Below the pieces are notes generated by a model, which searched no databases, was not told the DNA's origin, and saw only the letters and a list, made by a program, of their open reading frames with translations. A DNA stretch of 63,408 nt, filler included, from Octopus bimaculoides (lineage: Eukaryota): assembly GCF_001194135.2 (NCBI RefSeq). It is 6 parts of 5 records of this genome, joined end to end, with 100 filler letters (N's around TTAATTAATTAA, not from the genome) between each part and the next. Parts side by side here need not be neighbours in the genome. Positions count along the whole stretch, not along the records: positions 6,779 to 17,768 come from NC_068983.1; positions 17,869 to 33,474 come from NC_068988.1; 4 more parts are not named here. One strand, written 5' to 3'. Both the position numbers and the translations under genes were made by a program. Shown piece by piece: positions 13,864 to 27,639 of this stretch (position 1 is its first letter; each line of letters begins with the position of its first letter).

Positions 13864-14420
13864 ATAGATAGTGCACACAGGTACATACATTCACACATAC
13901 ACAAATATAATTATTTGCATGTATTCTCAAACAAACTTCCAAGAGGAAATAAAGAGAAGGGCTTAGTATTATAGGGATAATCCCCAAAACGGTGCCAAGC
14001 ATCAAAATAGAGACATATTAGCATATTCAATTTATCGAAGTGTCACTAAATACTCACTCCTAATCACGTAGTGTTCACGTCAAGTTGTGTTCCTGGATAG
14101 ATCACAATCTTATACATTGCGTCGATTCATTTACTGATTGAAAGAAGTATCGTGTAAAATGAGACTGTTGTTGCAATGTATTGACAAGTTTTCCCGATGT
14201 ACAATTACTCGCAGGCACTAAATATAATGACACCAAAGCTACGCAGTGGCTTGTTAAAGATTTTCAAGACTGGAAACATTTTGCATTTGACATCACGCTA
14301 CACAAAGAGGTGAATTAATGGAAAGTTTCAGTGCTCATCTGTCAGACATCCAAAAAAGATGAAAAGTTCAGCAGAGCAAAGAATTATTCACACACGCACG
14401 CGCGCGCAGACACAGACTCA

Positions 14421-14474
<54 letters not shown>

Positions 14475-15179
14475 GATTGAGAGAAATTCATTCGGTGAAA
14501 CTGATATCGAACAGAAAATATTAACGGCGTAAGTGAAGTTAAAACAGTTATAATCTCAAAGTAAGAACGATCCTTTAGATGACCGAAATCATATTTTGTA
14601 TTACTACGGTTAGTAAAGATTTTATCAAATCTAAAAATCAATTTCCTCGAATTGACTGTGATCGAAATTATTGGTGCCTGTCAGAAAGAATAGTACTTTA
14701 ATTGTACAAATATTCAACATGGCAAAGCCATGGCACACACATGGATATATTTATATGCGGAGAGCATCTGCGCTACTTTCTCACGAGAGAGTGATGATAT
14801 TGACGTGGTTAATATTTTTCTTGAACAATTGCAAGTAGACAGCTGCAGGGGCAATACCTATTGGGAGGGAAATCCTGAGAACCCATGTTTAGGTTCAAGG
14901 AATTTTGTGCATAATATTTTAAGTAGGCTTGTAAGTGCATGAAAAATGTGTTGTAAATGACTCACTGGAATTAGCTAGATACTAGTCAACTCCGAGAATG
15001 TATGTAGGTATAATTTTGTCCTAAATAGAGAAGTGAGATGTCCATGAGCAACCCAGAATACATCCTTAGTCATGTTGAATCATGTTTCTAGTTGCGCAGT
15101 GTTCAAGTTTGATATAGGTATGTAGCTAAAATATTATGTTCGCATGTTTAGTGATTATGTTGAAGGACAGGAATTTGGC

Positions 15180-16010
15180 GTAACCACATTCGGGAATGTG
15201 TTCTATGCCTATATTCAAGTGAAGCACGAGGTATCTTGTTTGTATTAGGAGAAATGTTGATGTGGAATGTTAGTAAAAAAGAAAGAGCAGCGTCATCGAA
15301 GAGTAGTCGCTATTGGAAATACCGTCAACAAATGACTGACAGTTTCGATATAGGAGGAGAAAAGTGAATGGTAAAAGAAAACGAACTTTAATGCCAAAAA
15401 GTTGATATGTTGTATATCAGAGATATTCATCCAGGCCCTCCCAGATGGCATGGTATATCTAGAAACCAATTCGCTTAACATTTGTATAGTAAATACAGTC
15501 GAATGCTTTGATTTTGAAGACACCAACGCACCTAAATTCGCGAGAGCAAGAGCCCAAAGAGGAGTAACATTAGAAGCGGTCTTCAAACGATATAGCTTTA
15601 AGAAATTTCCATTTGATGACCAAGGAAGTGTTACAAGATGAAGGAAAGCATTGACATTAACGGGAAAAGAATCACCTTTTAGGTGTTAGAATTAAGTACG
15701 CGAAAATGATAACTGAAAGAATGGTGTTACATTTTGGGGAATTGGGAACAATTTTGAATGTTTCCAACATTCCGAATATATCGCGGTAATGTGTTGAAGA
15801 AAATGTAGTGTTGGTAAGCCTAGTTCTGTGGCACATACTTTGAGGGTGTTGTAAATAACTTCGAAAAGAACCGGATCCATATTGGTTTGAAGTCCTCAGA
15901 GGACTCTTTAGCACAAGTGTGCGTAATTGTGAGTCTTGCGGATTATAAGGGAATAGAGATGAAGCGTGGAGTTGGATACTAAGGAAGTAGCTAATGTGTA
16001 GACGCTCATC
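15180..16010 (-). mobile_element. Penelope-like RT remnant
   Basis: SNGNFLK...TPLWALALANL...LVSRY resembles the Penelope RT FNG..Y.Q..GTAMG.PLAP.LANL...RY motifs; frameshifted. Confidence 0.45.
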
Positions 16011-17868
16011 AGAGGGGTGCTACTTATAGTATATAGTTATGCAGACGGGCACGCACATTGCAAACCATCTTTTATTTGATGTACCTTAACGTAATACTTA
16101 GAGCATTCAATTCCCCCAAACAGTTAAAATTAATGGTTACATGCGAGCAAAGATACGTAAAATACATTAGCCACGAATGCTGATAGTAAAACAAACATAA
16201 ATTGATCCCATGTGTAAGGGGGGCAACTCATGATAACAGTAAATTATAAAAGTTAAGCTTGACTTAACTCGGTTGGAAAATGATAAAAGTTGATATACAA
16301 ACTAAGAAATAATTTCACTGATATGAAAACATAGTAATAAATGACAAAAGGTATATGAATACCATTGACTATATCACGATAAGCGGAATGAGGAAAGAGA
16401 TTTTGATAAGAATATAAAATATTCTTCTCCATGTCATAAATACTGATAAACGATAAAGTAAAATTGCGTACTCACCGCAGAATAATAAAAGGCAGAATTT
16501 AGAGACAAAATGTTACTAAATTTCGTCCAAGTCAGAAAGTTGCTTCTTAGAAATTGATTCAAATTGAGACAGCATCGATCATGGTATCTAAATATATGAA
16601 TAAATAAGAACTTTTTCGCTGATATTAAACTGTTCATTTTGTGCTCAACTAGTTGTACACATTTTTATGTCTGTTTCATTTCCATTCTCTTTCGCTTACA
16701 TCATGTGAGTTTCACTAAATTCATTGGAACTGACAGCAATGTGTCGGTCTAAAAGCAGGTCGCTCTTCTTTTTCCTTTGTAGTATCTGTGTTAATCTGAT
16801 ATACAATCTTAGTTTTGATGTTATACTCTAGATTGCTTGAAGCGACTGCTTTACAAGCTAAATATTCTAAATATATTTTACAAACTTTTAGTTTTCTATT
16901 ATTCTAAGACATTAATTCTTTATGGTGTAATTGTAATTCGCACAGAGAGAAATATGCGCATATCCGCACATGGAAATGCTCGCATACACATAGAGACACA
17001 CAGATATATGTGTCTGTGGTGGAACTCAGACTTTCTTGATGATAAAAAAAAAACATTCAAAGTACGTCCACTTCGTAGATATAATATATTGCACATAATA
17101 TATAACTTTGATATAACTTGTTTAAAACATCAAACCACACATGATATTGTGAAAAAGATAGGAATATGAAGCGTTATAACAGTAATACATAAGTCCAGAC
17201 AATATATGATTGAATGGCCGTCGGAAATTATTGGATATTTTTCCTTTCACCCGTGTCAGAAAATTACGCAAACGCAGATATACATTTCTATACGAAATCT
17301 TCGTATTGATTACATTTATTAGTTCTTTGAATAATTTTTCTATCCAAGAGAACTACATCGATGGCTGTAGTGTATGTATTTTTCTATACCAGTAAATGTG
17401 ACTTCAAACCTTTACTGTAAATTCAAGCCACAAGAAAGGTCGCATTACAGATATGTCACACAAGATTAGGAGCCCGTAATTGTATGGATTATAACATTAT
17501 TACTACCATTTACGGAACTATTGTGCACTAATCACACTTGTGTAATATTTTATCGGTGAGAGGCCTAAGTAAACGGGCAACGCTCATTTTTGAAATAAAG
17601 AGGTAATAGTCGATTATACTGACTCAATAGCGAGTCATTAATCCAGAATTGGGATGATGGGAGTGGGGTGTGGCACATTTTGCCTCGGTATGATTCGAAC
17701 ACGAAATGTGGAAAGTAAATAATCGAATCTAAATAACTACTTCATAACATTATAGATATTATTTATTGNNNNNNNNNNNNNNNNNNNNNNNNNNNNNNNN
17801 NNNNNNNNNNNNTTAATTAATTAANNNNNNNNNNNNNNNNNNNNNNNNNNNNNNNNNNNNNNNNNNNN

Positions 17869-17906
<38 letters not shown>

Positions 17907-18233
17907 TCTGCCCTACATCATTATGCAACCAGTTGTTTTCCCACATGTCCGCACATTCTATTAAAATAAATCGGATGTGCGCAGACGCCAACAAATAGCG
18001 GACAATTTTGGGGTTGGGTAACATTTTCACCGTCACAAATTAATTATTCGGCAAGATGGATAACGGAAGGTAAGTTATTATGTAACTTTAAAAGACGGAT
18101 GAAAATGGCGTAAGGTTTTCTTCCTACACAATAATGAATTTTCTAATTCGACATCTTCTATGATGTACTATGTATTATAAAAACACAGAAAATCTCAGAT
18201 GACAGAATTTTATAAAATTGTTCTATAACTTAC

Positions 18234-19192
18234 CGATTTATTTAAACGAATTCCAATCCAGATCGTTGCGATCGAAAACATCACGTTCAAAGAAACCACA
18301 AACATAACGGTAGCGTGTACAGAGAATATATTTTTTAATGAATCATTAATAATTATGTAAGTTGCAACACAACATCCAGTAATAGAACTGAGTACGATAC
18401 ATCCTGAAACCAACTGAAATGATTCATTGTTTTACTCAGAGTTTTACTCAGTGTTTTACTCAGAGTATGATGAGTGTTACATATTTCTGGGATCTCTTTA
18501 TATTTCTTAAAGAAATACGAAGTATTAGATTGCTTTTCTTCTACGTATCTCTGAGCCTCCCTCGCTACTTTATTAAACTCGTACAGCAGTATAGTCCCAA
18601 TTGCAATATCCATATACCAATCAAACATGACAGACACAACTGATACAATTTTAAATACAATGTGCATCATTGAAATAATTACGTCAAGAAGTTTGTTAGT
18701 TTTGCTATGAATGACTGAGGAACTCCAAATATACTTATTGAAAAGCGGGAGAACGTGGTACATAGTAGGGATCACAATAACAGGTGAGAGTATAAATACA
18801 AGAGATGTAAAAGAAAATATTGCGTTATTATTATAAAACTTTCTATCGTCTTCTTCAACTGTATGTTTGGTGAATGCTTCGATTATTTGTTTGTCCTTAG
18901 GCTTTCTGAAGACTTTCGATGCACAGTAGAATGAAAGCAAACACTGGATAAATACTGAATAAATATATGCGGATATCACATCTGTTGCACTCTGATCTAT
19001 TTGTATCACACGAAAGAAATATATAACGGGGATTGCAATGAGATATACAGAATACATGATATAAAAGGCAGAGATACAGATAGTTTTACATTTGAGGGGC
19101 TTCAGTGATATATTCATAAATGATAGCTTAGAAATATTAACTTTCCCATAAAATTGTAATATTTTATAGAATCGTGTTTCTTTTAGTTCCAT
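18234..19192 (-). pseudogene. Gustatory-receptor-like exon GRL-1 (TM1-TM6), frameshifted
   Basis: Paralogous to GRL-2 and GRL-3. Starts MELKETRFYKILQFYG; a 12-bp triplication at 18428-18466 shifts the frame; the alternate frame continues to IGIRLNKS|GTAAGT. Length 959 nt is not a multiple of 3. Confidence 0.8.
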
Positions 19193-19560
19193 ACTTTTTG
19201 TAATTATGTATTCCTCAAAAGTTACTTATATATAAAGAACTAAACTCGTTGACATAAAACACGGAAGCTCTATTTCTTTGTAAGATCTCTACTTCATCAA
19301 TTTTGCCTCTATAATGAGTTGCGAGTGTTGCACCGCTTCGTCTGTCACGAAACAACTGGTAATAAAGAGGAGACGTGATAAAGTTTTTATATTCAGCCTT
19401 CCGCTTTGTTTGTATGTTGGTATTATTTTTAATTTATTGCTATGGCTGTAATATATAAATCAAATTGAATATTGCACGCTAATCTTCTTAAAAACGTATG
19501 AACCTTAGATGCAATACATTAAACTAATATTTTTGAAAGCATGTAAGAAGATTAATATCA
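19193..19560 (-). promoter_or_regulatory. Conserved 5' region of GRL-1 with acceptor-like site (CAG|19355)
   Basis: TTTATCACGTCTCCTCTTTATTACCAG; aligns with the upstream regions of GRL-2 and GRL-3. Confidence 0.55.
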
Positions 19561-19597
19561 ATATCAATATATATATATATATATATAGTATATAGTA

Positions 19598-19665
<68 letters not shown>

Positions 19666-19815
19666 CATCTATCTATATATTTGAGTTTGAGTAATTTTAT
19701 GTCTGTAAATGTAGGCTGATTGTGTGCATGTACATGTACACACACACACACACACACATATATATACATATATATATGTATATATGTATACATATATATG
19801 TGTGTGCATGTGTGC

Positions 19816-19859
<44 letters not shown>

Positions 19860-19860
19860 C

Positions 19861-21340
19861 TTTCTAGTTTCATGTCAGAGCTCTGGCCATGCTGGAGGAC
19901 AGCAGTTTTGCTACGCAGTTATTACTGGAGAGCCTAATTTAATATGTGGCATTTGGTGAATAAGACAGATTGATACCGCTACCCTCATTTGCACCTCTTG
20001 CCACGAGATAGGTTTATCTGGGACTCTCGAGAGGAAGAGGTCCAGTTTAGATTTGAAAACACCTACATTCACTTTGTGTAGGTCCCTCAAGCTCTTTGGC
20101 AGAATATTAAAAAGCTGTGGGTCCCTGAAACCCAGTTTTATTATCTGGTCCTGAAGCTCGATGGCTTTGCTGGGATCTTTGGTACTATGCAGTGTCGACC
20201 CGTTCTGGCATTTGTGTAGCTTTCAATGCCAACATTTGGCACAATTCCTTCCATGATCTTCCAGATGTAAATTACTGTATACCTCTCCCGCCTTCGCTCC
20301 AGAGAGTAGAGTTTTAGCTGTCTCAGCCTTTCTCAGTAGCTGAGCTGTTGCAATGAGACGATCTTCGTGACGATTCGCTGGATTGCTTCAAGGTTCGCTG
20401 TCAGTTTTACACTGTTGGGTGACCATAGCTGGGAGCAGTAATCGAGGCGGGTGAGGACGAATGTCCTTCAGAGGACCATCATTGTTTCCTTCTCTCTGGT
20501 TCTGAACGTTCTCAGGATCCATCCAGCCAGTTGTCTGCACGCTATCGCCATCCTGGCAATGTGGATTTGGAAAGAAGTATCATCACTCATGTCGATACCC
20601 AGGTCCCTCACTGATTTAGGCTCTGGGATTGAAATCCCCTGTGGACCAGTGTACCTTGTAAGTTTTGTACTCAGTTTTGGGCGCTGGTAGCGCACGGCTT
20701 GGAATTTTTCAGCATTAAACTGCATATTATTATCCTCAGCATATCTATAAATTGAGTCCAACTCCTGCTGCATGTGTGCAACATCGCTGGGGTTCTGTAT
20801 TTTCTGTGAGACTTGCGTATCATCTGCGTAGCTGGCAAGGGTGGCTATCCGGCAGCTGAGGGCATATCAAAAGCTTTTGCAAAGTCAATATATATTACGT
20901 CCACATTTGAGTTGTTGAGTTACTGTCTCAACACCCAGTGCTGTAGGAGCTGGGTCAAGCAGCTCCTACCTGGTCCAAAGCCATGCTGGGTATCACTCAG
21001 CGTGTCGTTTGCTTCACGAAACGCGATTAGTTTCCCTCTGATTATCCGTTCCATGATATTGCTGATGTGTGAAGTCAGAGAGATAGGCCTACGTTTTTTG
21101 GCATCTGCTCTGCTTCCTTATTTGTGGATTGAGCAAATTATTCCCGCCTTCAGTTTGCTTGGCAAACTACTATTTGCAAGAAAGCTGTAGAAGAGAATCT
21201 GCAGTGATTTCGCCAGGGTGCGAATACACGAGGAGGATTCCTAGGACACTATCAGGACCAGCAGTTGAGTGTGCGTCCAGCTCACCTATTGGTAAGTATT
21301 TCTTCTTCGCTAATGTCGATGTATTCCATCGTAACTGAGT
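19861..21340 (-). mobile_element. CR1/L2-group LINE, RT fragments and 3' end
   Basis: YADDT-type motif, QQELDSIYRYAEDNNMQFNAEKFQ and RDLGIDMS; same family as 7568-9240. Confidence 0.85.
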
Positions 21341-21418
21341 CGCTGTTCATATATTATTAGGGATAAAAATCCAAATTTACAGGAGTATCTTTTCCCTAAA
21401 ACTATGTATATATATATA

Positions 21419-21452
<34 letters not shown>

Positions 21453-21749
21453 NNNNNNNNNNNNNNNNNNNNNNNNNNNNNNNNNNNNNNNNNNNNNNNN
21501 NNNNNNNNNNNNNNNNNNNNNNNNNNNNNNNNNNNNNNNNNNNNNNNNNNNNNNNNNNNNNNNNNNNNNNNNNNNNNNNNNNNNNNNNNNNNNNNNNNNN
21601 NNNNNNNNNNNNNNNNNNNNNNNNNNNNNNNNNNNNNNNNNNNNNNNNNNNNNNNNNNNNNNNNNNNNNNNNNNNNNNNNNNNNTATATATATATACACA
21701 CATACATACATACTTATATTTATATATATATATATTTACATTTATATAT

Positions 21750-23080
21750 ATAAATTGATCAGGGCCCCACCAAAGCCATCTTTAGTCCCGGCCCTTTCTA
21801 CGATGTATCGCATAAGGTGGAGGTTGTTGTGGATAGACCTGCTCGGGATTGCTCAAGTTTGTGCTTCCCCGATCAGATTACCAACTACAAACGCCAGCCT
21901 TTTCACTAACACCTTGGGTAAAATCTTAAACTCTGTATTTTGCAAGGGTATGGGCCGAAAATTTCCAAGCACGTCCCCATTATCAGTGTCCTTTCTCAGC
22001 AGTGTTACTACACTCCGGCTAACAGCACTAGGAATTCTCCCATTCTGCTACCAGTTACTGTAGACATCTGCGAAGAAGCTGCCAAACAAATCTGGCATGA
22101 AAATATGGAATTCGTTGGGCAACCATCCAAACCAGGTGATTTGGGACTTATGAAATCGCTTATTACCTCCCGTGTTTCAGAGGCTGTAATCAGCCTTTCG
22201 CAGAATCTCACGTCCGTCATCGAGAAACATGGTAGGCTGTCTAGGCACGAAGTAAAGTTCGCTACCGTCGTCGACCCATCACCCTCCCCAAATTGCCGTG
22301 CAAAGTGCTGCCGGAAAGTCGCACAAACCTGCTCAGAACCGAGTAGCACACGTCCGTCCCGATCCATCAAAGACTTGATTGTGGGTTTATTTCCACGTCG
22401 CGTCTCTACTCTTCGGGCCCATCGGACGGCTTTAGTTCCTTCGTGTTTTAGCGCACCGGCCTTAGCTTTGACATTCGTGTTTCGCCTAAAGAAATGGACA
22501 AGGGCCATTCTCGCCACTAACACGTCGGCCGCGATGCCTTTACTTAATAGCTTCTAATTTGCCAACTAGTTCTCTCTCTGATCTATTTCTTTCTATTGCT
22601 AAATCTTTGCTAAACACCATCGATTCCACTCTAATCGCTCCTTTCAGAGCGATCCACCGCCGGCTGTTGACGATAGCCCCAGTCAGCTACCGCTTAACTA
22701 GTTCACTAATCGGGTCCCTGTAGTCTTTTCCGGGTCCTATTTAAATCGAGGGGCCCTATTTAAATCGACTGAGAATATCACAAGTTTGTGATCTGTGCAG
22801 CCGACCAATTTAAATATATCCTCTTACCTATCACATACTCTTTCTAAATACGATCTGGATGACCCGCTGTGGTTGCTCCATGTCCACACTGGCACATCAG
22901 GGAAAATCTAGTCGGTACCTGTCAGAAAACTGGAAAGTCCTGAGCAGATTTTCGAGACTTTTACACTCCCTTTTACAATGTACTAAACCCACACAATCCT
23001 TTCGTGCGTCCTTCCAAAATACTATTCCAGTCCCTCACTAATACTAAAGTGCGAAACGTTCCCAAGAATGTTTCTAGACA
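21750..23080 (-). mobile_element. Tx1/L1-clade LINE remnant (linker and RT N-terminus)
   Basis: KSPGLDG, LQNTEFKILPKVLVKRL, QTCAIPSRSIHNNLHLMR and GGALINL. Confidence 0.8.
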
Positions 23081-23084
23081 CCTA

Positions 23085-24790
23085 AAGAACTCTGGCCTTC
23101 TAGCCCCTGTTGGGGCATAAACTGCCATTCACTTCCAGGACCACCGCAGAAATCATGTCTCTGGCATTCTGCTTTGAAGCCAGTATTATTCTTATTCGCA
23201 GCAGATACTCTCTGTTTTGTCTTTTCCTTCATGTCGTTGTTTAATTTCATCTGCCTCAAGTATTCTCAGGTATCTATAGCTGGAATGAGGTTGAATTATC
23301 TTAATCATTTCACCACTTGGAAAGCTTATGTCTTCTGTCCTGACAAGCTTTCGTCGTCTCACCACCATCGTAACACATTTTGAGAGCCCAAACTCCAACT
23401 TGATATCATTGGAGAAAATCCGCACAGACTGGACTTGGCTGTCTAGTTCTGCATGGCTTCTTGTGACTAGCTTCAAGTCGTCCATGAGCAGCAAGTGGTT
23501 CAGTTTTCCCTTACCTCTTCCTGGGTCATACTCCAACTTTGGTTTCTGAAGTATTTCACTCAACAGGATAATTCCCAGCACAAAGATCAGTGGGGACCCA
23601 CTGTTTCCTTTGGAAGATTCTTCTCTTGATTGTCGCCTCTCAATGATTCCCTACTGTCAATACTTGATTCCCTGCTGTCGATTCTCTTCTGCAATTCCAT
23701 ATTGTTTCATATAAGGCTTCTCATGTTTTCTGCTACTCCATACATTTCCATTGTTATAATCCAGGAATGCTGACTGAAAAATCCCAAAGGATAATGTCAT
23801 TTTAATCTTCAACGACTGGTTCGGGGGTGATATTCATACCAGTAAGCAGGAGTGCCGATTTTGTAATGCTTACATATTTTCCAGTGTAAATACTGTCCTA
23901 TCCAATTGTGGCGACTTTTCTATTCGTTCGGTGTCAGCATAAGTCATCCCAACACGAGATGATCTATTGTTTCGTCCAATGTGTCACAGATTCTACATTT
24001 AGGGTCAGAACCGTTTTGAAGAACGTTATCCTGGTAGTTTTTGTAAGCAAGCTATTATCTTGTGCAGCCAATATGAAACCTTCAGTCTCTGCTTTCCGTC
24101 CTGAACTTCTCAACAACTGATACGTTGTTGCTTGGTCTACATCAGCATTGTGGCTTCGAAGTATATACTTTCTATCCAGACATTTCTGGCTCCAACGCTC
24201 CTCAATTTGTTTCTGCTTGTTCTTTTTATTTGCAGTATGTTTGATCCGTTTTGCTTCTTTGGTGGCGGTGGTTTCAGGTTCTTCAACTATTTCAGGGATA
24301 ATACCAAGTTCTCTTGCGAATTTGCAAGATTCCTTGACAATAAAATATGAATTTTCGCTGCTTTTGTGTTTGCGTACAAATCGCAGCGTCCAGTCCTCTG
24401 TATTAGATAAGTACCTGCTCATTGCTATTGTGGAGGTGTTATAGCACAGTCCTACCTGCATCATTCCTCTTCTCCCATTACTACTAGGTAGGTGCAGACG
24501 ATCAGCGTCTGCATTTGGGCGGTGCTTGTTATTAGATGTTAGTAGTTGTCTTGTCTTACTGTCCAGGCGTTGGAGTTCTCTAAGATTCTAGTTAATGATG
24601 TAAAAACCGTATTGGAATACTGGAAGTTCTAGTGTGTTAATGGCTTCGATACGATTTTTCGAGCTGAGCTCAGTTTTTAGTATGAGTCATATTTTTCTGT
24701 AATACTATTTTCGTATTTCTTTCTTCATAGTAGCATGTTGTATGCCATCTCCTTCGTTTACGACGGACTTGTGTCGGCGAAAAACGGAAA
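23085..24790 (-). mobile_element. R4/Dong-like LINE remnant
   Basis: LNHLLLMDDLKL, DIKLEFGLSKC, YRYLRILE, LHLPTSSNGRRG-like segment and ETEGFILAAQD. Confidence 0.8.
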
Positions 24791-25355
24791 AGTAGTTTTT
24801 AAAAAGGCCGTCCTATACTGAAAGTGAAAAGACAGGGCAAGGAATATCGACTTGATCCACGAGCTACAATAACAACACCACCGACACACTCACCCAAATC
24901 CCAACAACAAAAGCAATTCTTACTCATTCAACCACAACCACGATTATACGAAGCACCAAAACAGAAACAAATACACGAACAGAAACAACAATCAAAAGAA
25001 ATACTCGTACAACTTACCAGAGAACCCGAACGCCTCATCAACTTCAAGTCATTCGCAAGAGCAACAGCGATCTGATGCAAGAAGTAGGGAAGAACACAAA
25101 TATCCATACAAGAGGAGTAGGATTCCACGATCTTCTGTCGAAAACATGACAGAAGCTGATAAAAACTGATAGAAGCACATACCTAGAAAATTAAAAAAAA
25201 AATACCCAAAAGACATTCAGCCGTTTAGGCTAAAGCCGGACAAAAGGATATTAGGAAGGCCATTACATTAATGATTCAGACGAAGTAGCTGAATCGACCG
25301 GCCTTCTTACAATCCAAGATAAGTAACCTTCTTCCATTTTGTTTCTCCGATAAAC

Positions 25356-26070
25356 ATGGTCGTCTTCAGAGTGGTGTGTGTGAATGTCCGTAGTCTGGGG
25401 TCAGCTTGGAAGCTAGGTCACTTGTTAAACAACCTTAGGTCGCTCGATTTGTATGTGGCTGCAATTCGTGAGACAAGGATTTTTAATGCACAAGCACTAG
25501 CGTCCATTTTCGATGACTATGAGATATATTCATCGTGTGGTCTGTCTACGGGAGGCTCTGATAAGCTGACTATGGGGGTGCTCTGATAAATTTGGATCTA
25601 TCAAAAGCATTCGATACGGTTAACCATCGCTACTTGGAAGTCGTCCTAAGAGCCGGCGGTTTCGGGCCCGTTTTCAGACGCTGGATCACTGCAAACACAG
25701 TGGCGTCTGTTGAGTGGTCAAAGTAAACAGCCACCTATCGGAACCGTTTGGCATCGCACGCTCGGTAGTAGTAACACTGCTACCCTGTCTGGTGGCAGGG
25801 TAGCAGTGTTACTCCGAAAATTCTTAGATATCGAAGTAAAGGCAATCTTCTTGGACCCAGGTAGCAGGTTGGTGGTCGTCAATGTGTATGGTAGCGAAGT
25901 TGGTGCGCTTAGACTGATGATCGTCTATGTGCCAAGAGGAGCTGGAAGGCCAGGATTCTTCAGGTGTCCAGAAACATTCCTGGAAACGTTTTGCAGTTTA
26001 GTACTTGTAGTGGACTAGAATAGTATCTTGGATGCACGGATGTCTAGGTCTAGGACATAGAAGGAGAGGG
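25356..26070 (+). mobile_element. Rearranged Tx1/L1-clade LINE fragments (endonuclease N-terminus plus an RT piece)
   Basis: VVCVNVRSL...AAIRETR, GGRVAVLLRK, GALINLDLSKAFDTVNHRYL. Confidence 0.75.
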
Positions 26071-26125
26071 TGCTACGGATTTAAAATATATATCAAATGG
26101 ATTACTTCTCGCTAATATTCTTAAA
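26071..26125 (-). other. Orphan copy of the GRL upstream flank (vestige of a fourth unit)
   Basis: tgctacggatttaaaatatatatcaaat is identical over 28 nt to 28805-28832, and similarity continues to ...cttaaag. Confidence 0.75.
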
Positions 26126-26485
26126 GTGGAGGCGCAATGGCCCAGTGGTTAGGGCAGCGGACTCGCGGTCATAGGATCGCAGTTTCGTTTCCCAGACCGG
26201 GCGTTGTGTGTGTTTATTGAGCGAAAACACCTAAAGCTCCACGAGGCTCCGGCAGGGGATGGTGGCGAACCCTGCTGAACTCTTTCACCACAACTTTCTC
26301 TCACTCTTACTTCCTGTTTCTGTTGTGCCTGTAATTCAAAGGGTCAGCCTTGTCACACTGTGTCACGCTGAATATCCCCGAGGACTACGTTAAGGGTACA
26401 CGTGTCTGTGGAGTGCTCAGCCACTTGCACGCTAATTTCACGAGCAGGCTGTTCCGTTGATCGGATCAACTGGAACCATCGACGT
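26126..26485 (+). mobile_element. SINE family C, 3'-truncated
   Basis: Near-identical to 37102-37490 and 43559-43944. Confidence 0.9.
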
Positions 26486-26739
26486 TTGTAACCGTGAATT
26501 TTATAGTTTATATTTGTTTTTATGTCTCTTCTTTTCTTATTAATATTCATCATTGGTATTTTTTTATTCTTTTAGTTGTTTCAAGCATTTGACTGCGGCC
26601 AAATATTAAAGATACCCTATTCAAATACAGATTAGGTTAACATTTTCGAAGCCTAGCAGAATCTGGTATTGATATTTCGTTCGTAAATGACCTGTTTGAA
26701 CAACAGTATTCCTATCATTTTATGAGATTTCCTAGATGC

Positions 26740-26791
<52 letters not shown>

Positions 26792-26880
26792 AGCATTTCG
26801 CCCGGTGTGCTAACGATTCTGCCAGCTCGTCGCCTTATACTCATAAATATATATATTTGAGTGTGTATGTGTGTGTGTGC

Positions 26881-26931
<51 letters not shown>

Positions 26932-27639
26932 TGTGTGTATGACCGTGTGTAGCTGTGTGGTAATGTATAAACACTCTAAAAAAAAACATACATTTGTATG
27001 CATAAACATTCAGAAGGAGTTAAAGAAAGAGGAAAATCACAAAAGGAGGAGACGAAGGAGGAGGAGGAAGAGGAGAAGCAGAAGAAAGAATGAAAGACTA
27101 TTAGGAAATACAGAAACATCAGAAAAGCATTCGTAAATTGTTACTGAAATTATCACAATGTCGGTCTGTTGTGTCCCGAAAATAAAGCCTTTGTTGAGAC
27201 TGGACAATGCTGCGTCTATTGCCAATTGTTTTCTAACTCCTCACTCAAGCCTTCTCCATTCATTGGATAAGCGAGATTTTGTGTGGCGTCCCTAAGACGC
27301 TTTACGATGAATAGTAGCAAAGTCCGACGACCAAGAGAGAGAAAGTATGAATGAATGAAGGAATAAGAAAATGAGTAGAATGTCGGTAGTGATAATAGTC
27401 ATAGTGGTAAAGACGGAAGATTTTGGTTCATTATTTCACCTTTATCCAATGTTTAAATTTGGGAAACGAAAGTGGCAAGACGGACATCGGAAGGAAAGAT
27501 ACCAAACAACTTTAAAAACTGCAGATATTGGCGTCACAGAGTCTTTCAATACGTTAAGGAATATGCTAATTCGATATCTTTTATGATGGAATACTAGATA
27601 TAGAGAAAAACTTATTTGACAGAATTATATAAAACTTAC

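Noticed and set aside
17190-17290. Minus-strand YLRLRNFLTRVKGKISNNF, resembling the GRL IC3 L..FL.R..G motif
   Set aside because: No phase-0 acceptor, no following ID/LD or TY motif, and no clear donor; probably chance.
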